Assembly (NCBI GenBank): GCA_963677485.1
Contig: OY781964.1
Location: 1,728,001 to 1,792,000 of the forward strand
DNA: 64,000 nucleotides
Direction of reading: 5' to 3'
Origin: Armatimonadota bacterium
GTDB lineage: Bacteria; Armatimonadota; HRBIN16
The notes under the pieces were generated by a model, which did not search any database, had not been told where the DNA came from, and saw only the letters and a program-made list of their open reading frames with translations. The stretch's first letter is position 1. The number at the start of each line of letters is the position of its first letter. Both the position numbers and the translations under genes were made by a program. Positions 1 through 9,931 of the stretch are shown one piece after another.

Positions 1-110
1 GCGCGGCTGGGGCAGCTTATGGCATCGCAGCCCAAATAGTGTGAGGGCACTATAAATAACAACAAGCAACCGCCCGTGCTGGCACGGCAGCCCAGGCAGT
101 ACTAATACTG

Positions 111-195
111 TCGTAGGGGCGTCCCTTGTGGGCGTCCTAATCGTTGTTCAATCGATAGCTCCTGTTTAGGGCGCCCACAAGGGACGCCCCTACGA
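111..195. repeat. GTAG-type REP doublet (REPIN-like inverted repeat), copy 1
   Basis: Arms tcgtaggggcgtcccttgtgggcg (111-134) and cgcccacaagggacgcccctacga (172-195) are perfect reverse complements; a second 85-bp copy lies at 29353-29437. Confidence 0.85.
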
Positions 196-310
196 CTAGT
201 TACTTAAATGATCAGCATCGGTACGATACGAAGATAAATCAAGCCTGCATACTGAGCCATTCACCACATACCATGGCTCAGTATGCAGATAATCCAGGGA
301 GCACTAAAGC

Positions 311-3300
311 ATGAGTCACAACACGGTCATTCCTACCCCATATGTTCACAGAGTGATGGACGGCAATATCACTGTCACCTCGGCAAACCGCATCGTATAC
401 ACCAAGAAAGACCAGAAAGTGCTGGCCAGTTTCTTACACCAAAAGATAGTAGATATGGGTGGACCGCGGCTGCCTGTGAGGTGTGGTATCACCAAGCCTG
501 GTGATATCTATCTATTGGCGGGCTCATCCAAGCAGCGAGACCGTTACGCAGTTCATGTTGATGACCGTGTGAAATTGGCCGGCCACAAGGATGGCGGGAT
601 TCAATGGGCTATGGTGAGTCTGCTCCAACAGGCCGTCATTTCTTCTGATGCCATCACCATACCCAAAATGAGCCTTAGTGACGAATCCCAAAGCCCGTAC
701 CGAGGTCTGATGGTCGATCTAGCCAGTTTCTGGCACCCGATAGAATCCCTATATGACATGGTGCTGTTATGCTGGTGGTATAAAATCAACAATCTGCATC
801 TGCATTTCACCGATGACAAAAGCTGGACCCTTCCAAACGCGAAATACCCCAACCTGCCTACACCAGACCGGCACTACACCGCCAGACAACTGCAGACACT
901 CAACAAACTGGCTCAGATGCACGGCGTCACCATTGTGCCCGAAGTCGATATGCCTGGACACTGCTTGGCTCTGGTCAGTGCGCTGCCCGAGGTTGTCGGT
1001 AATGAGCAGGCATCGTCATCGGGGGAAGCCGGTCATGACGAGCTCATCCATCCTGGTATGACCGGAAAAGAGGCCGATAGTGCCATCTGTCCGGGGCGCG
1101 AAAGCACATATGAGTTTTTGGGCAGTGTCATTTCCGACGTCTGTGAGTTATTCCCTGACAGCCCATATATTCATATTGGAGCTGATGAAGTCAATAAAAA
1201 GCCATGGACGTCTTGTAAACACTGCCACGAATATATGAAGCAGCACAGCATACCCGATGCTGAAGAGCTCTACCGCCACTTTATCGTGCGGATGAATGAC
1301 TGCGTGCGCGAACACGGGAAACAAACCATTGTATGGGAGGGGTTCAAAGCCGAAGGGTCGATACCTATCCCGCAAGACGTGATTGTGATGGAGTTCGAAA
1401 ATCACTATGAGTTACCAGGGCCCCTGCTTGACAAGGGCTATCAACTGATCAATACCAGTTGGCAGCCGCTGTATATCGTGCCCACCGCCAGTTGGTCGGC
1501 TGAGCATATTCTGGGATGGAATATTTGGCGATGGGAACACTGGTGGGATCAAAGCCAGGCCTTTCCAAACGGCATTGAGGTTCCACAAACCAAACAGGTC
1601 ATCGGCGCACAGGTCTGTTCATGGGGCATGGAGTCTCAGGCGGAGATGGACGCTCTTTTGCCGCGAGTCGCAGCTTTAGCCGAACGCACATGGCATAATA
1701 CCAGGCCGGTGTCGATCGACGACTGGACAGCGTGCTGGGAACAGCAAAACACCCGCATCAAAGGTCTGTTTGGCAGTCTGAATCAAGACGTGCCGAAGGC
1801 AAAACCGCCAGTCATACCAACCAAACCAGTCATGTCGCCGTCGATGGCATCACTAGACGTGATACCTTCACCTAAAAGCATCAGTTACCTTCCAGGCAAC
1901 ATAACAGTCACCGCTGACAACTATATCACCTATCAGACGGGATTACGAAATCAAGCCCTGCTACTCCAAAAGACGATACGACAGCTTGGTGGGCCCCTCA
2001 TAAAATGCAGGGACTATCGGCCGTCCGAAGGGGATATCAACATTAGAAGGTCGAGGAGCCAACGCCAGGACCAATATGATATCGATGTTAACCAATACGC
2101 CGCGATCAGTGGACACCCTGACACAGGGGTAGCCTGGGCGATTGCCAGTCTTCTGCAGGTGGCGACGATCACTGCAGATGCGGTCGAAATCCCACGAATG
2201 AAGATATCAGACGGTTCGGATCACGCCTTTCGAAGCCTGATGGTCGACTTGGTCAGCACCTGGCATCCTATAGAGTCACTGTATGACTATGTGCAGTTGT
2301 GCTGGTGGTATAAAGTCCGCTACCTGCATCTGCACTTCACAGATGACGCTTGCTGGACGCTGCCAAACAGTCGCTATCCAGAGTTACTCACACCAGACAA
2401 GCACTACACCGAAAGACAGATCACAGAGTTGAATCTGTATGCACAACAGCACGGTGTCACCATCATCCCTGAGGTTGACGTGCCCGGGCACAGCAAGCTG
2501 CTGGCCCAGACTCTGCCCCGTCTGGTGGGCAACGAGGAATCACTCGAGTTATCCGGTGGCGATACCGAAGGCCTGCTGCATCCCGGTCTGGCTAACACCA
2601 CACCTGCCTGCACCATCTGCCCGGGACGCGAATCCACCTACGAGTTCTTGAGCGAGGTGGTAGACGATCTTTGCCGATGGTTCCCCAACAGCCCCTATAT
2701 TCATATCGGCGGGGATGAAGTCAACAAAGTGCCCTGGACCAACTGCAGACATTGCCAGAACTACATGAAGCAGCACGGACTGCCCAACGTGGAAGAGCTG
2801 TATCGGCACTTCATCGTAAGGATGAACGAGCTGGTGGTGAAGCACGGTAAACAAAGCATTGTCTGGGAAGGCTTCAAAGTGGATGGGCTGGTGGAGATTC
2901 CGCGCGACATTATCGTGATGGAGTATGAGTGCTACTATGAGCTTCCTGGGAATCTCATCGAAGCCGGTTACCAGGTGGTGAATACCAGTTGGCAGCCTAA
3001 CTACATCGTGCCCACCAAGAGCTGGCCCGCTAGTCAGATACTCAAATGGCATGTGCGGCGTTGGGAGCACTTTTTGGAGCACAGCCTGGCAACACCAAAT
3101 GGGGTGGATATCGACAAAACGCTGCCCGTGTTGGGTGCTGGCATGTGTTCGTGGGGCATGGAGCCACTAGCCGGTATGCAGGCATTACGGTCAAGGCTGC
3201 CAGCCCTGGCACAGCGTGCCTGGAGGCCAAGCAAGCCGGTGACCTATAAGGAGTGGGAAAAGTCGTGGGCTCTAGTTGATTCTCGGCTGGACAGACTGTT

Positions 3301-3316
3301 AAATGTATTAAGGTAA
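311..3316 (+). CDS. GH20 beta-N-acetylhexosaminidase with two tandem GH20 modules
   Basis: 1001-aa ORF; each half has (Y/F)R(G/S)LMVDL, LHLHFTDD, PEVD(M/V)PGH and the catalytic HIG(A/G)DEV motif. Confidence 0.9.
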   Translation: MSHNTVIPTPYVHRVMDGNITVTSANRIVYTKKDQKVLASFLHQKIVDMGGPRLPVRCGITKPGDIYLLAGSSKQRDRYAVHVDDRVKLAGHKDGGIQWAMVSLLQQAVISSDAITIPKMSLSDESQSPYRGLMVDLASFWHPIESLYDMVLLCWWYKINNLHLHFTDDKSWTLPNAKYPNLPTPDRHYTARQLQTLNKLAQMHGVTIVPEVDMPGHCLALVSALPEVVGNEQASSSGEAGHDELIHPGMTGKEADSAICPGRESTYEFLGSVISDVCELFPDSPYIHIGADEVNKKPWTSCKHCHEYMKQHSIPDAEELYRHFIVRMNDCVREHGKQTIVWEGFKAEGSIPIPQDVIVMEFENHYELPGPLLDKGYQLINTSWQPLYIVPTASWSAEHILGWNIWRWEHWWDQSQAFPNGIEVPQTKQVIGAQVCSWGMESQAEMDALLPRVAALAERTWHNTRPVSIDDWTACWEQQNTRIKGLFGSLNQDVPKAKPPVIPTKPVMSPSMASLDVIPSPKSISYLPGNITVTADNYITYQTGLRNQALLLQKTIRQLGGPLIKCRDYRPSEGDINIRRSRSQRQDQYDIDVNQYAAISGHPDTGVAWAIASLLQVATITADAVEIPRMKISDGSDHAFRSLMVDLVSTWHPIESLYDYVQLCWWYKVRYLHLHFTDDACWTLPNSRYPELLTPDKHYTERQITELNLYAQQHGVTIIPEVDVPGHSKLLAQTLPRLVGNEESLELSGGDTEGLLHPGLANTTPACTICPGRESTYEFLSEVVDDLCRWFPNSPYIHIGGDEVNKVPWTNCRHCQNYMKQHGLPNVEELYRHFIVRMNELVVKHGKQSIVWEGFKVDGLVEIPRDIIVMEYECYYELPGNLIEAGYQVVNTSWQPNYIVPTKSWPASQILKWHVRRWEHFLEHSLATPNGVDIDKTLPVLGAGMCSWGMEPLAGMQALRSRLPALAQRAWRPSKPVTYKEWEKSWALVDSRLDRLLNVLR

Positions 3317-3373
3317 CTTCTTAGTCTCACGCGAAGACGCGAAGGTAATGACCGGTAACGCCGTTGTAGCTTC

Positions 3374-3751
3374 CGGCACCCACGAAGTGGGTAAGATTCA
3401 TTATAGCCAGGAGGATCGCATCGCTTGGAAGTAGCTGGTTGGCTATGTCCGGGGCGGTCTGTCAGTACGCCTGCGTAGGCCACTGTCTATAGACCGCGCC
3501 GGTCTTGTTCTTGGCACACATCTTTTATGGCTATCCGCCAGACCGGCGCGGTCTTGAGCCTTCTGCAACCATTAGTCTACGGTCAGACCGCCCCGGACAT
3601 AGGCAACGCTTGGCTGCAATAGAAGCGAATGGCCATTCGCATATCGATCTGTCGCCTCAGCGTGACGCGTCAGTTTCAGCCTGGGCTGCGGTGCATGCAC
3701 GTCGGGTGCTTACCCGTGGCTATAGCAGTAACACCCACTTCGTGGGTGTCC
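3374..3751. repeat. Cluster of palindromic REP-like repeats from several families
   Basis: Inverted pair atgtccggggcggtctg...agaccgcgccggtct (3445-3505) / agaccggcgcggtct...cagaccgccccggacat (3540-3600); cacccacgaagtgggt-type units at both ends of the cluster; all recur elsewhere in the window. Confidence 0.8.
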
Positions 3752-3902
3752 GTAGGATTGCCTGATCGCAATGGAAATATGCAGACCCGCTACTTGGTAG
3801 AATTGGGCGATGGCTGAGTAGTTTTATATGATAAGCCTGGCCACACCCGTGGGAGGGTAGTCATTCCCGAGTATTCATAAAACAAACCTGGAGGCCTATC
3901 GG

Positions 3903-6900
3903 ATGCTCCGCAGGATAGCTATAGGAGTCATACTTATGTCATCATTATCGGTCAGTGCCGCTCCTAAAGGCATTGAGATTCATAGCCTAAAGTGCGAATA
4001 CCGCACGAACCCGCTTAGCGTCGATGTGCTGGCACCACGCTTGAGCTGGTCGATACAGGCTGAAGAACGAGCGGTCAAACAATCAAAATATCAGATACTG
4101 GTAGCCAGCGACCCAAAGCTGCTGACGAAAAACATCGGTGATCTGTGGGACACAGGCGAAGTGGTCTCGGATGTCTGCACTCACTTACCCTATTCTGGCA
4201 AAAAGCTGGTCTCCGGCCAAATGTGCTACTGGAAAGTGCGCATGTGGGACCAAAACGGCCGCAGCAGCGGCTGGAGTAAACCGGCTTCCTGGAGCATGGG
4301 GCTGCTGCAGCCTTCCGACTGGAAAGCCCAGTGGATTGGTCTTGATGGCGGTGAGAACCCCGATACATTCGCACAAGCCCAGTGGATGTGGCTGGCGGAT
4401 GATACGGCGAAAGTGGGCGCCAACCGCTGCTTCCGGCGGAGCGTGATGATCCCGGCTGACCGTGAGCTGATTGGTGCCCGGATCACCATCGGCACACACA
4501 GCACTTTTTCGGTATCGATCAACGGACAATCGATCTGCAATGGTGCGCGCACGATCTTTACACCCGCCTCTGAGATCGACGTAGAGTCATATCTCAAACC
4601 CGGGCTCAATGCTATCGCCATTGAAGCCTCGTGCTGTGACCCCAATGTGGAGCCATCTGGCATTATCTGTGCGCTCTCTGCGGAGTTCGACACAGGTGCT
4701 CCGATGCTGGTCACCTCCAACTCTGAATGGAAAGTCTCCAAACGCCGGATGGCTGGATGGGATATGCCAGACTTCGACGACTCCAAATGGGTGTCTGTCA
4801 AAGAGTTCGGCACTAACGACCACGCCCCCTTCAATCGTGTGCAAGGCGATGACTACCGGCGATTATCGGCACGAATGCTGCGCCGTGACTTCGATGTGCC
4901 CAAAAAGCTCACCCGCGCCACGGCTTATATCTGCGGGCTTGGGCTGTCAGAGCTCTATCTCAACGGCAGGAAGGTGGGCGACCATGTGCTCTCACCTGGT
5001 CTGACAGATTATAACAAACGCTCGTTGTATGTCACTTATGATGTCACCAAAAACATCAAACAAGGCGCCAACGCAGTCGGGGTGATCCTGGGCAACGGGC
5101 GCTATTTCGCCCCGCGCAACAGTGCACCGACCACCACATTCAGTTACGGATACCCCAAGCTGCTGCTGCAGATGGAGATGGAATACGACGACGGCAGCCG
5201 CGACACCGTTGTGAGCGATGCCTCATGGAAGCTGACCACCGATGGACCCATCCTGGCGAACAACGAGTACGACGGCGAGGTGTACGACGCCCGCAAGGAG
5301 ATGCCCGGTTGGAACACGGCTGGTTTCGATAGCTCAGCCTGGCAACCTGCTCAGCTCGTGGAGGCACCGAAGGGCATCATGTGCTCTGAGATCGCGGAGC
5401 CGATCAAGGTGATGGACACCGTGAATCCCATCGCCATCACCAGCCCGCGACCGGGAGTTTATATCTTCGACATGGGCCAGAATATGGTGGGCTGGTGCAA
5501 GCTGAAGGTGAAGGGTCCACGCGGCACCAAAGTTTATATGCAGCATGCGGAAAAACTGCAGCACAACGGCGAGCTCTACCTGGAGAACCTGCGCTCAGCC
5601 AAAGTGACCGACCGCTACACGCTTAAGGGCACCGGCACCGAAGTCTATGAACCGCGGTTTACCTACCACGGTTTCCGGTTTGTAGAGGTCAGTGGATACC
5701 CCGGCAAGCCCGATCTGTCTGCCATTGAGGGTGTGGTCATCCATGACAGCATGGCCGAAGTGGGCTCCTTCGAGTGCTCCAATCCGCTGGTAAACAAGAT
5801 ATATCACAACATCTACTGGGGTATCCGCGGCAACTACCGCAGCATCCCCACCGACTGCCCGCAGCGCGATGAGCGCCAGGGCTGGTTTGGAGACCGCGCG
5901 CAGGTCTCGCGTGGCGAGATGTATGTGTTTGACACCGCCGCCATGCACACCAAATGGATGACCGATATTCGGGATTCCCAGAAGGAAGACGGCAGTATCC
6001 CCGACCTGGCACCGGCATACTGGGCGTTCTACACCAACAGCGTGACCTTCCCCACCCTCGCGTTTTCCATTCCGGGGCACTTATACCGTGCCTACGGTGA
6101 CAAGCAGATTCTGGAACACCAGTATGATGCGATCAAGCGATGGACTGACATGATGCGTGTCAAACTGAACGGCGACATTATGCCTCCCGATACCTATGGT
6201 GACTGGTGCGTGCCGCCGGAATCACGCGAGATGATCTGGTCGAACGATGCTATGCGCGTGACCGACAAGGAGCTGGTGGCCTCCGCCTACTTCTACTACA
6301 ACCTGCAGCAGCTCGCCTACTTCGCCTCCGTGCTGGGCAACGACGCCGACGTGAAGCTGTATGGCGAGATCGCTGCTCGAATGAAAGTGGCCTTCAACGC
6401 CAAGTGGCTGAAGCCCGTCGAAGGCGTTTATGACAACGGCAACCAGACCTCCTGCATCTTGCCCCTCGCCTTCGGACTGGTGCCAGATGCGAACCGCAAG
6501 CAGATTGTGGATCACCTGGTCAGCAAAATCCTGGTGGACGCCAAAGGGCATGTGGGCACCGGCATGATCGGTTGCCAGTGGCTGATGCGTGTGTTGACGG
6601 ACAACGGATGGCCCGATGTGGCACACCGACTGGCCACGAATACCACATATCCCAGTTGGGGATACATGATCAAGAAGGGCGCCACTACCATCTGGGAGCT
6701 GTGGAACGGAGACACTGGCGACCCCTTGATGGATTCCGGCAACCACGTGATGCAAATCGGCGACCTGTGTACCTGGCTGTACGAATATGTGGCGGGTATC
6801 GCGCCGGATGACAATGTACCTGGGTTCAAGCACACCATCATGCGGCCGGTCATGACCGATTACTTCACTTCGGCTAAGGCCACTCATATGAGCATGTATG

Positions 6901-7139
6901 GCTTGATCTCCAGCGACTGGAAAATCAGCCGAGGGGTGTTCAGTTGGGCCATCGAAGTACCCGCTAACACCACCGCCACCATCTACGTGCCCACTACGGA
7001 CGCGGCAGGGATCACCGAAAGCGGTCGACTGGCAGTGGAATCGCCTGGTGTGCGGCTCGTGAAGGACGAGGGCGGCGTGGTGCAGTTCGAGCTTGGCTCA
7101 GGCCGCTACGCCTTCAAGTCGACGGTAGCCAGGGAGTAG
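3903..7139 (+). CDS. Secreted alpha-L-rhamnosidase (GH78)
   Basis: Signal peptide; LKCEYRTNPL N-terminus, DMGQNMVGW, FTYHGFRFVE, PTDCPQRDERQGWFGD, YGDW, GATTIWELWN and SGNHVM motifs; GGAGG RBS upstream. Confidence 0.93.
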   Translation: MLRRIAIGVILMSSLSVSAAPKGIEIHSLKCEYRTNPLSVDVLAPRLSWSIQAEERAVKQSKYQILVASDPKLLTKNIGDLWDTGEVVSDVCTHLPYSGKKLVSGQMCYWKVRMWDQNGRSSGWSKPASWSMGLLQPSDWKAQWIGLDGGENPDTFAQAQWMWLADDTAKVGANRCFRRSVMIPADRELIGARITIGTHSTFSVSINGQSICNGARTIFTPASEIDVESYLKPGLNAIAIEASCCDPNVEPSGIICALSAEFDTGAPMLVTSNSEWKVSKRRMAGWDMPDFDDSKWVSVKEFGTNDHAPFNRVQGDDYRRLSARMLRRDFDVPKKLTRATAYICGLGLSELYLNGRKVGDHVLSPGLTDYNKRSLYVTYDVTKNIKQGANAVGVILGNGRYFAPRNSAPTTTFSYGYPKLLLQMEMEYDDGSRDTVVSDASWKLTTDGPILANNEYDGEVYDARKEMPGWNTAGFDSSAWQPAQLVEAPKGIMCSEIAEPIKVMDTVNPIAITSPRPGVYIFDMGQNMVGWCKLKVKGPRGTKVYMQHAEKLQHNGELYLENLRSAKVTDRYTLKGTGTEVYEPRFTYHGFRFVEVSGYPGKPDLSAIEGVVIHDSMAEVGSFECSNPLVNKIYHNIYWGIRGNYRSIPTDCPQRDERQGWFGDRAQVSRGEMYVFDTAAMHTKWMTDIRDSQKEDGSIPDLAPAYWAFYTNSVTFPTLAFSIPGHLYRAYGDKQILEHQYDAIKRWTDMMRVKLNGDIMPPDTYGDWCVPPESREMIWSNDAMRVTDKELVASAYFYYNLQQLAYFASVLGNDADVKLYGEIAARMKVAFNAKWLKPVEGVYDNGNQTSCILPLAFGLVPDANRKQIVDHLVSKILVDAKGHVGTGMIGCQWLMRVLTDNGWPDVAHRLATNTTYPSWGYMIKKGATTIWELWNGDTGDPLMDSGNHVMQIGDLCTWLYEYVAGIAPDDNVPGFKHTIMRPVMTDYFTSAKATHMSMYGLISSDWKISRGVFSWAIEVPANTTATIYVPTTDAAGITESGRLAVESPGVRLVKDEGGVVQFELGSGRYAFKSTVARE

Positions 7140-7150
7140 GTTCTGGAAAT

Positions 7151-7183
7151 CGGGTAAGGAGGCCTCTCGGGCTTCCTTACCCG
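7151..7183 (+). terminator. Hairpin downstream of GH78, possible terminator
   Basis: cgggtaagga...tccttacccg stem 12 nt after the stop codon; only a weak T-tract follows. Confidence 0.4.
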
Positions 7184-7199
7184 TATGTTGCATCCACTG

Positions 7200-7366
7200 C
7201 CGCGCCCTAAAGGACACGGCTTCTTATACGAAAAGCCCGTTGAAACGGGCTGGTCTACTGTGCGTCCGATTTTGGGGTGCGATCGCAACTCACATTCCGA
7301 CAAAGAATTCCGGCAGACGGCTTTAGCCGGCTTTTCGGATAATAAGCCGTGTCCTTTAGGGCGCGG
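7200..7366. repeat. 167-bp element bounded by 38-bp inverted repeats (MITE/REPIN-like)
   Basis: ccgcgccctaaaggacacggcttcttatacgaaaagcc (7200-7237) vs ggcttttcggataataagccgtgtcctttagggcgcgg (7329-7366), 2 mismatches; internal small hairpins. Confidence 0.8.
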
Positions 7367-7398
7367 GGCAAGCAGCTGAACAAGACAACCGAATCAGT

Positions 7399-9723
7399 AT
7401 GGCGAATCCCACCAACCGCAAGGAGCAGCCGTTGCAGAACAAGAAACTCGCCCAGTGGGTCACGGCCCAGACGAACAACCCCAACGCCTCCACCATCAGG
7501 TTCCACATGAGCGGGGAGCTGCCATCGGAGTTTGGCATCGCGATGCTGCGCGTGGTGGCCAGTGACCTCTACCGAGTGTGGCTGAACGACCAGCCGGTGG
7601 GCATCAGCGAGGACTGGCAAGGCGCGAACTGGCGTGTGACCGGCATCGCGAAACCCGGCTTGAATACCATCGAGGTCGAAGTTCGCGCGCGCCAACAGCC
7701 ACCGCTCTACGAAGCCAGTTTTCTGTGTGAGCTGGCCGTGGCGGATAAGCAGGGCGTGAAACAGGCACAGATACTTAGCGATGAGCACACCAGCACCGAT
7801 CAGGGCACACCACGGCTGGCGAAATCCAGCTTCGTGGAAGAGTGGATCGACTATCTGCCTGCCTGGATTGACGACATGCTGGACGAGGGCCTCGCACCCA
7901 CCCGCACTTTGCTGAGCGTCAACACCACAGCTCAAAAGGTGCTATATGAGCTCGATCAGCCGATCGAGCTGGAGGTGTCCATTCACACATTTGATCGCCT
8001 CACCGACACCCCGGTGAAGCTTGAGCTGGAGGAGTGGAACGGCAAGCGTATCCGCCTACCATCCGTCCTATGCAAGCCTGATGCCACGGTGATGTTGCCA
8101 CCAATACCCGAGGGCCTCTACCGCCTGACCGCGAAATGCGGCAGCCTCACGGGCACCGCCGCTTTCGCCGTAGTGCCGCAAGGCCAGACCACCATCTCCT
8201 CGCTGCTGTCCAAACTCAAGCCGTATACCCACCGCAAGCAGATGCTGGGTCTGAACGGCAACGCGCTGGTGGTGCGAAATCCCGCCGCACTCTGGAGCTT
8301 CCGCGAGATGGACATCAACCTACTGGTGGCGCATATCATGCCGATCTACACGCAGAACGGCCTGTGCGATGACCTGTTCGCCTACTGCCAGGCGACCGGC
8401 ACCCGCTTCACGATGAACGTGGAGGCACCGAACTTCGCTTTGATGAGCGACGCCACCGATGGCAAGAACAGCTACGAGGCCGCGGGTGGCTGTCATCGAT
8501 GGGATGTGGACCCCGATACGCTGCGCAAAGCCGCAGCGACAGGGCTGTTTGAGGGCGTGACCTACGACGAATCGGAGCACATGCAGCTCAGCCGTAACGC
8601 CTACAGCCAACAGCCCGAACCCAACCGTAAGCCCTACTTCGTGGAAACCACGGGACTGAGCCTGCCCGAAGCTTATGTCACCTTCAAGAAGGCGGTCAGC
8701 CGGTTGGTGAGACGAAACCGGCGGTATGGCGCCGTCATGCAGGAGGAGGCGGTGTTCCCAGCCCTGTGGCATCCGATGGCGGAGTGCGGTATGACCCTCG
8801 TACCGAAGCTATTGAAGGAGGACGCACATCCTGTGGTTCTGGCGGAGGCACTGGGGGCCGCCATCCAGCATGGTGCGAAGCTGTGGTTCAGTCCGGACCT
8901 CTGGCATTACGCGTCTCTGCCCGGACACAATGCGCCTGACATGCCTGGTCACAGTGCGCGCCACCTGCAGATGGCACTGCGATGCTGCCATCTGGCCGGC
9001 GTGGACACTTGCTACGTGGAATATGCCACCAAGCTGTTCTCGCAGAACGGCAGCGGCTACCGTCTGACGCCGCATGGGCAGGTGTTGAAAGAGCATATCA
9101 CCAGGTGGCTTTCCGCCCACCCACGCAGCTACAGCTACACCGATTACCAACCCGAGGTGGTAATCGTGCGCTTCCCTGACAGCGACTGGGGGCAATCGAG
9201 CTGCTATTACCCCGACTATCTGTATGGAGCCATGAACCTGCACTCCAGCCCGGAAACACGCGAGCACATGCAGGTGTGGTCGCTATTGACCGACGGGGTG
9301 CTGGACGGCCGCGTGGTGAACTTCAACGGGGAGCGAGATGCGCATCTGCGCCTATATCAGCCCTGGCGGTTCAGCATACCCAGTCCGGCTGTGGTGGTCT
9401 TCGACCACAATGTGGGGTTGAAGCATCTGAAGGGCATCGGGGTGATCTTCGCTTGCGGCATTGAGCTGTCGGAGGCGACGATGGCTGCCTTGCAAAGCTG
9501 CGTGAAGGCGGGGGCTGTCTGCTTCATCAGCCAGCATCTGGCACCCACTCAGCTGCAGCAGGCGGTGGATGGTTCTTCGGTGCGCATCCCCGAAGGCAAG
9601 GGCAGTTGGGTAGTGATGAGCGGCTTCACCACCGATGTGATGCAGCCTTACCGGCAGCTTCTGCCGAAGAACGACGGCTCTATGTGGCTGCGGTTCAAGA
9701 ACCGGCGGGTGAAGCTGGGGTAG
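7399..9723 (+). CDS. Hypothetical protein, possible uncharacterised glycoside hydrolase
   Basis: 774-aa ORF with GC3-rich codon use; beta-sandwich-like N-terminus then a TIM-barrel-like region (TYDESEH, WFSPDLW); family not recognised. Confidence 0.6.
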   Translation: MANPTNRKEQPLQNKKLAQWVTAQTNNPNASTIRFHMSGELPSEFGIAMLRVVASDLYRVWLNDQPVGISEDWQGANWRVTGIAKPGLNTIEVEVRARQQPPLYEASFLCELAVADKQGVKQAQILSDEHTSTDQGTPRLAKSSFVEEWIDYLPAWIDDMLDEGLAPTRTLLSVNTTAQKVLYELDQPIELEVSIHTFDRLTDTPVKLELEEWNGKRIRLPSVLCKPDATVMLPPIPEGLYRLTAKCGSLTGTAAFAVVPQGQTTISSLLSKLKPYTHRKQMLGLNGNALVVRNPAALWSFREMDINLLVAHIMPIYTQNGLCDDLFAYCQATGTRFTMNVEAPNFALMSDATDGKNSYEAAGGCHRWDVDPDTLRKAAATGLFEGVTYDESEHMQLSRNAYSQQPEPNRKPYFVETTGLSLPEAYVTFKKAVSRLVRRNRRYGAVMQEEAVFPALWHPMAECGMTLVPKLLKEDAHPVVLAEALGAAIQHGAKLWFSPDLWHYASLPGHNAPDMPGHSARHLQMALRCCHLAGVDTCYVEYATKLFSQNGSGYRLTPHGQVLKEHITRWLSAHPRSYSYTDYQPEVVIVRFPDSDWGQSSCYYPDYLYGAMNLHSSPETREHMQVWSLLTDGVLDGRVVNFNGERDAHLRLYQPWRFSIPSPAVVVFDHNVGLKHLKGIGVIFACGIELSEATMAALQSCVKAGAVCFISQHLAPTQLQQAVDGSSVRIPEGKGSWVVMSGFTTDVMQPYRQLLPKNDGSMWLRFKNRRVKLG

Positions 9724-9744
9724 AGCGGGCGCTTCGTAACCATC

Positions 9745-9788
9745 TCGACCACGATTCCGCGACATAAATGTCGCGGAATCGTGGTCGA
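9745..9788. repeat. Perfect 21-bp-arm palindrome between convergent genes (REP-like or bidirectional terminator)
   Basis: tcgaccacgattccgcgacat-aa-atgtcgcggaatcgtggtcga; degenerate copy at 31470-31494. Confidence 0.8.
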
Positions 9789-9931
9789 TACTATCCCAAT
9801 CTGGATTTGTGGGTAGTTAACTGTGCTTTAGCGCGTGGTAGGGCAGGAATAAATCGTCATGCAACGGCAAAACCCCACGCACAGATTTATGGGTAATGGA
9901 ATGGCATTTATACCGCGGAACAGGCCGCATA

